NCBI GenBank assembly: GCA_963796455.1
Contig: CAWCLO010000004.1
Coordinates: 608,001 to 672,000, forward strand
Direction of reading: 5' to 3'
DNA from: Candidatus Sulfomarinibacteraceae bacterium
GTDB taxonomy: Bacteria > Acidobacteriota > Thermoanaerobaculia > Thermoanaerobaculales > Sulfomarinibacteraceae
Length of the DNA: 64,000 nt
Position numbers and translations under genes: made by a program. Positions 62,801-64,000 of the stretch are shown piece after piece; the first letter of the stretch is position 1; each line of letters starts with the position of its first letter. The notes beneath the pieces were generated by a model. That model was not told the DNA's origin and ran no database searches. It was given only the letters and a program-made list of their open reading frames with translations.

Positions 62801-62996
62801 CCGGCGCGTCGCGCCAGGGAACGTTGACCCCGAGAAACGGCGGCGAGAACCCGGACGGGATGAGTTCGAGGGGAATACCCAGCGCCGCCACCAACCCCAC
62901 CACGACCATCGAGGCGAGCAGCACCAGGACCCCGATCCGCCGGTTGAGCGAGAACCGCGGCAGGGCCTCCTCGAAGTGGCGCTTGTCGTCCATCAT
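59817..62996 (-). CDS. RND efflux permease (AcrB/AcrD/AcrF family)
   Basis: GLLVDNSVVVAENI, GVVVNNGIVLVD, RFRPIMMT; 1059 aa. Confidence 0.93.
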   Translation of the reverse strand: MMDDKRHFEEALPRFSLNRRIGVLVLLASMVVVGLVAALGIPLELIPSGFSPPFLGVNVPWRDAPAQEVLEKIVMPLEDELSTVRGLESLNSFSTTGFGRCFLNFKSGTDMDVAYREVRDRIERARALLPEDADRIFIRKEDESAIPVFVVGLAIDPELTDPYTLVQKQIVVRLQRLEGVASVNVNGLLEKEIFIELDRERTEAAGLNIYALAQELGQDNFSMASGDVRTGGRKLLLRSVARYRNLEELENRMVAPQVRLRDIGTVTYKPPEARFRIRANSRPAVALVVLKEGDANTLEVARAIRGELRAMQESPALQRIFMVPLFDQGRVITESLDTLLDSGKIGGLFAVFVLYFFLRRLRMTLIITLAIPLSLLIALTAMFFTNESLNILSLLALMISVGLLVDNSVVVAENIHRLHRAGLARREAAIRGTAEIALAVLMATLTTVVVFLPVSLVGGQAQFFLLRLSIPISVALLGSLVVAGIFVPLSVYLTLSDGNGNGGREAFFRPAYRRFVAVMERIYNASFGRLNQLYGRLLAVFLRRRLDLVLVILAVFAVTVAVPMQQVEFVEIQEEERGGFEIEVRLPRSTTLEESEVFFLECEAIIETAAEELGLSGWFIFHRETFGELQGFFNNPRTTDLSPREVTAIVLERLPERPGVTYYTGQESEAEETGEQVHVVTLYGDDAEQLETTAEDLEPLFTSIPGVLGVKASGDPAPSELGLVIDRERAQQQNISPRVVAGMVGYALRGQELNRYRTDGNDIPVRIRFLESDRETLSQLKSFYLPTGSGGFVPLSSVTDTTYLKTARRIFRRDKQTSHTITLELEQGKEDEARRRVAALEKFVDLPEGVRFGQLARADSAAEDLRGLMLAAGLSVVFIYLLMGFLFESFTLPLSIILTIPLAGLGVWWTHFGFGYNIDFLGGVGLVLLIGVVVNNGIVLVDYVNRLRSTGMNRTDALLTAANRRFRPIMMTALTTICGMIPVTLSGSNSIGLSYTSFGLTLIGGLTTATLLTLLVVPVFFTLFDDLGATALSLLKALRSKGEGKTAIPDVPGSPSPSQ

Positions 62997-64000
62997 GCGG
63001 CGCCCTCCGGGACCGAACCGGCCCGCGGACGGTTGAGTACCCGCTCCCTGAGCCCGTCGACGACCGAGTAGAGGCTGGGAATGATCACCAGGGTCAGCGC
63101 GGTGGAGGCGATGAGCCCGGAGATCACGGCGATGGCCATCGGGGTCCGGATCTCAGCGCCGTCGCCCAGCCCGAGAGCCATGGGCAGCAGTCCGAGCACG
63201 GTGGTGGCGGTGGTCATCAGGATCGGCCGAAGGCGGACGGTACCCGCGGTCATTACCGCTTCGATACGGTCCATACCCCGCCGCCTGAGACGGTTGATGT
63301 AATCGACGAGGACGATGGCGTTGTTGACCACGATCCCGGCGAGCATGATCATCCCGAGAATGACCACTACCGAGAGCGAGATGCCGAGCACCTTGAGCGC
63401 GAGGACCGTGCCGAAGAAGGCCAACGGAATGGTGAGCATGATGATCAGCGGTTGCACGAGCGACTCGAACTGGGCCGCCATGATCACGTAGACCAGAAAA
63501 ATCGACAGCGACAGGGCGAGCAGCAGACTCGACCGGCTCCGCTCCCACTCCTGGTTCTGCCCGGTGATGAAAAACGTCATGTCGGCGGGCCAGTCGATCT
63601 CGCGGACCAGGGCCCGGTCAAGCGCCACGACCGCACCGCCCAGCGAGCCCGATCCGAGATTGGCAGACAGCACCGCCACCCTCCGTCCGTCGATCCGCCG
63701 CACCTCGGACGGCCCCTCGGCGAGCTTCACGTCGGCCACCGAGTCGAGCGGGATCGGCCGGTCGCCGCCGGGGTTGACCAGGAAGTTCGCGACATCCGTG
63801 ACCTGCCGGCGATCGACCTCGCGGAAGCGGACCACGATCGGGATCCGCCGGTCGCCCAGATTGTAAAGTGAAGCCTCCGCACCCTTGACCGCATCGCGCA
63901 CCTGGGCGGCCACGGTTTCGATGTTGAGCCCGTAGCGCGCCAGCTGCTCCCGGTCGTACGCGACCTGGACCTCAGGAGCTCCCACCCGCTGGCTCGTCTC
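62993..64000 (-). CDS. RND efflux permease, 3' part (runs off the window)
   Basis: GIVVNNAIVLVD, RLRPILMT; ATGA overlap with the next permease. Confidence 0.92.
   Translation of the reverse strand, partial: ETSQRVGAPEVQVAYDREQLARYGLNIETVAAQVRDAVKGAEASLYNLGDRRIPIVVRFREVDRRQVTDVANFLVNPGGDRPIPLDSVADVKLAEGPSEVRRIDGRRVAVLSANLGSGSLGGAVVALDRALVREIDWPADMTFFITGQNQEWERSRSSLLLALSLSIFLVYVIMAAQFESLVQPLIIMLTIPLAFFGTVLALKVLGISLSVVVILGMIMLAGIVVNNAIVLVDYINRLRRRGMDRIEAVMTAGTVRLRPILMTTATTVLGLLPMALGLGDGAEIRTPMAIAVISGLIASTALTLVIIPSLYSVVDGLRERVLNRPRAGSVPEGAA

Overview
GC-rich bacterial window, probably Acidobacteriota (Thermoanaerobaculia-like; inferred only from protein motifs). Positions ~1-59.8 kb hold about 55 functionally unrelated accessory genes in mixed orientation: secreted beta-propeller/FG-GAP/beta-helix proteins, methyltransferases, oxidoreductases, peptidases and an oxidative-stress group (katG, ahpC, thioredoxin, glutathione peroxidase). 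Two tandem RND permease genes follow. The main unexplained structure is a family of intergenic elements, GGGTGCCAC-arm...arm-GTGGCACCC, mostly ~40-82 bp imperfect inverted repeats with at least three arm subtypes. They sit at most module boundaries and are largely absent from intra-operon spacers, so the region looks like a cassette array of 1-6-gene modules. There is no canonical attC, integrase or transposase in the window. Second highlight: a MerB (organomercurial lyase)-like gene with in-frame TGA codons at both catalytic-Cys positions, each followed by a SECIS-like hairpin, i.e. a candidate di-selenoprotein. Six exported proteins share a portable (I/V/L)(F/Y)x(D/N)GF(E/D)xxxxxxW motif. 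Several single-base frameshifts suggest indel errors or recent decay. All counts and alignments were done by eye.
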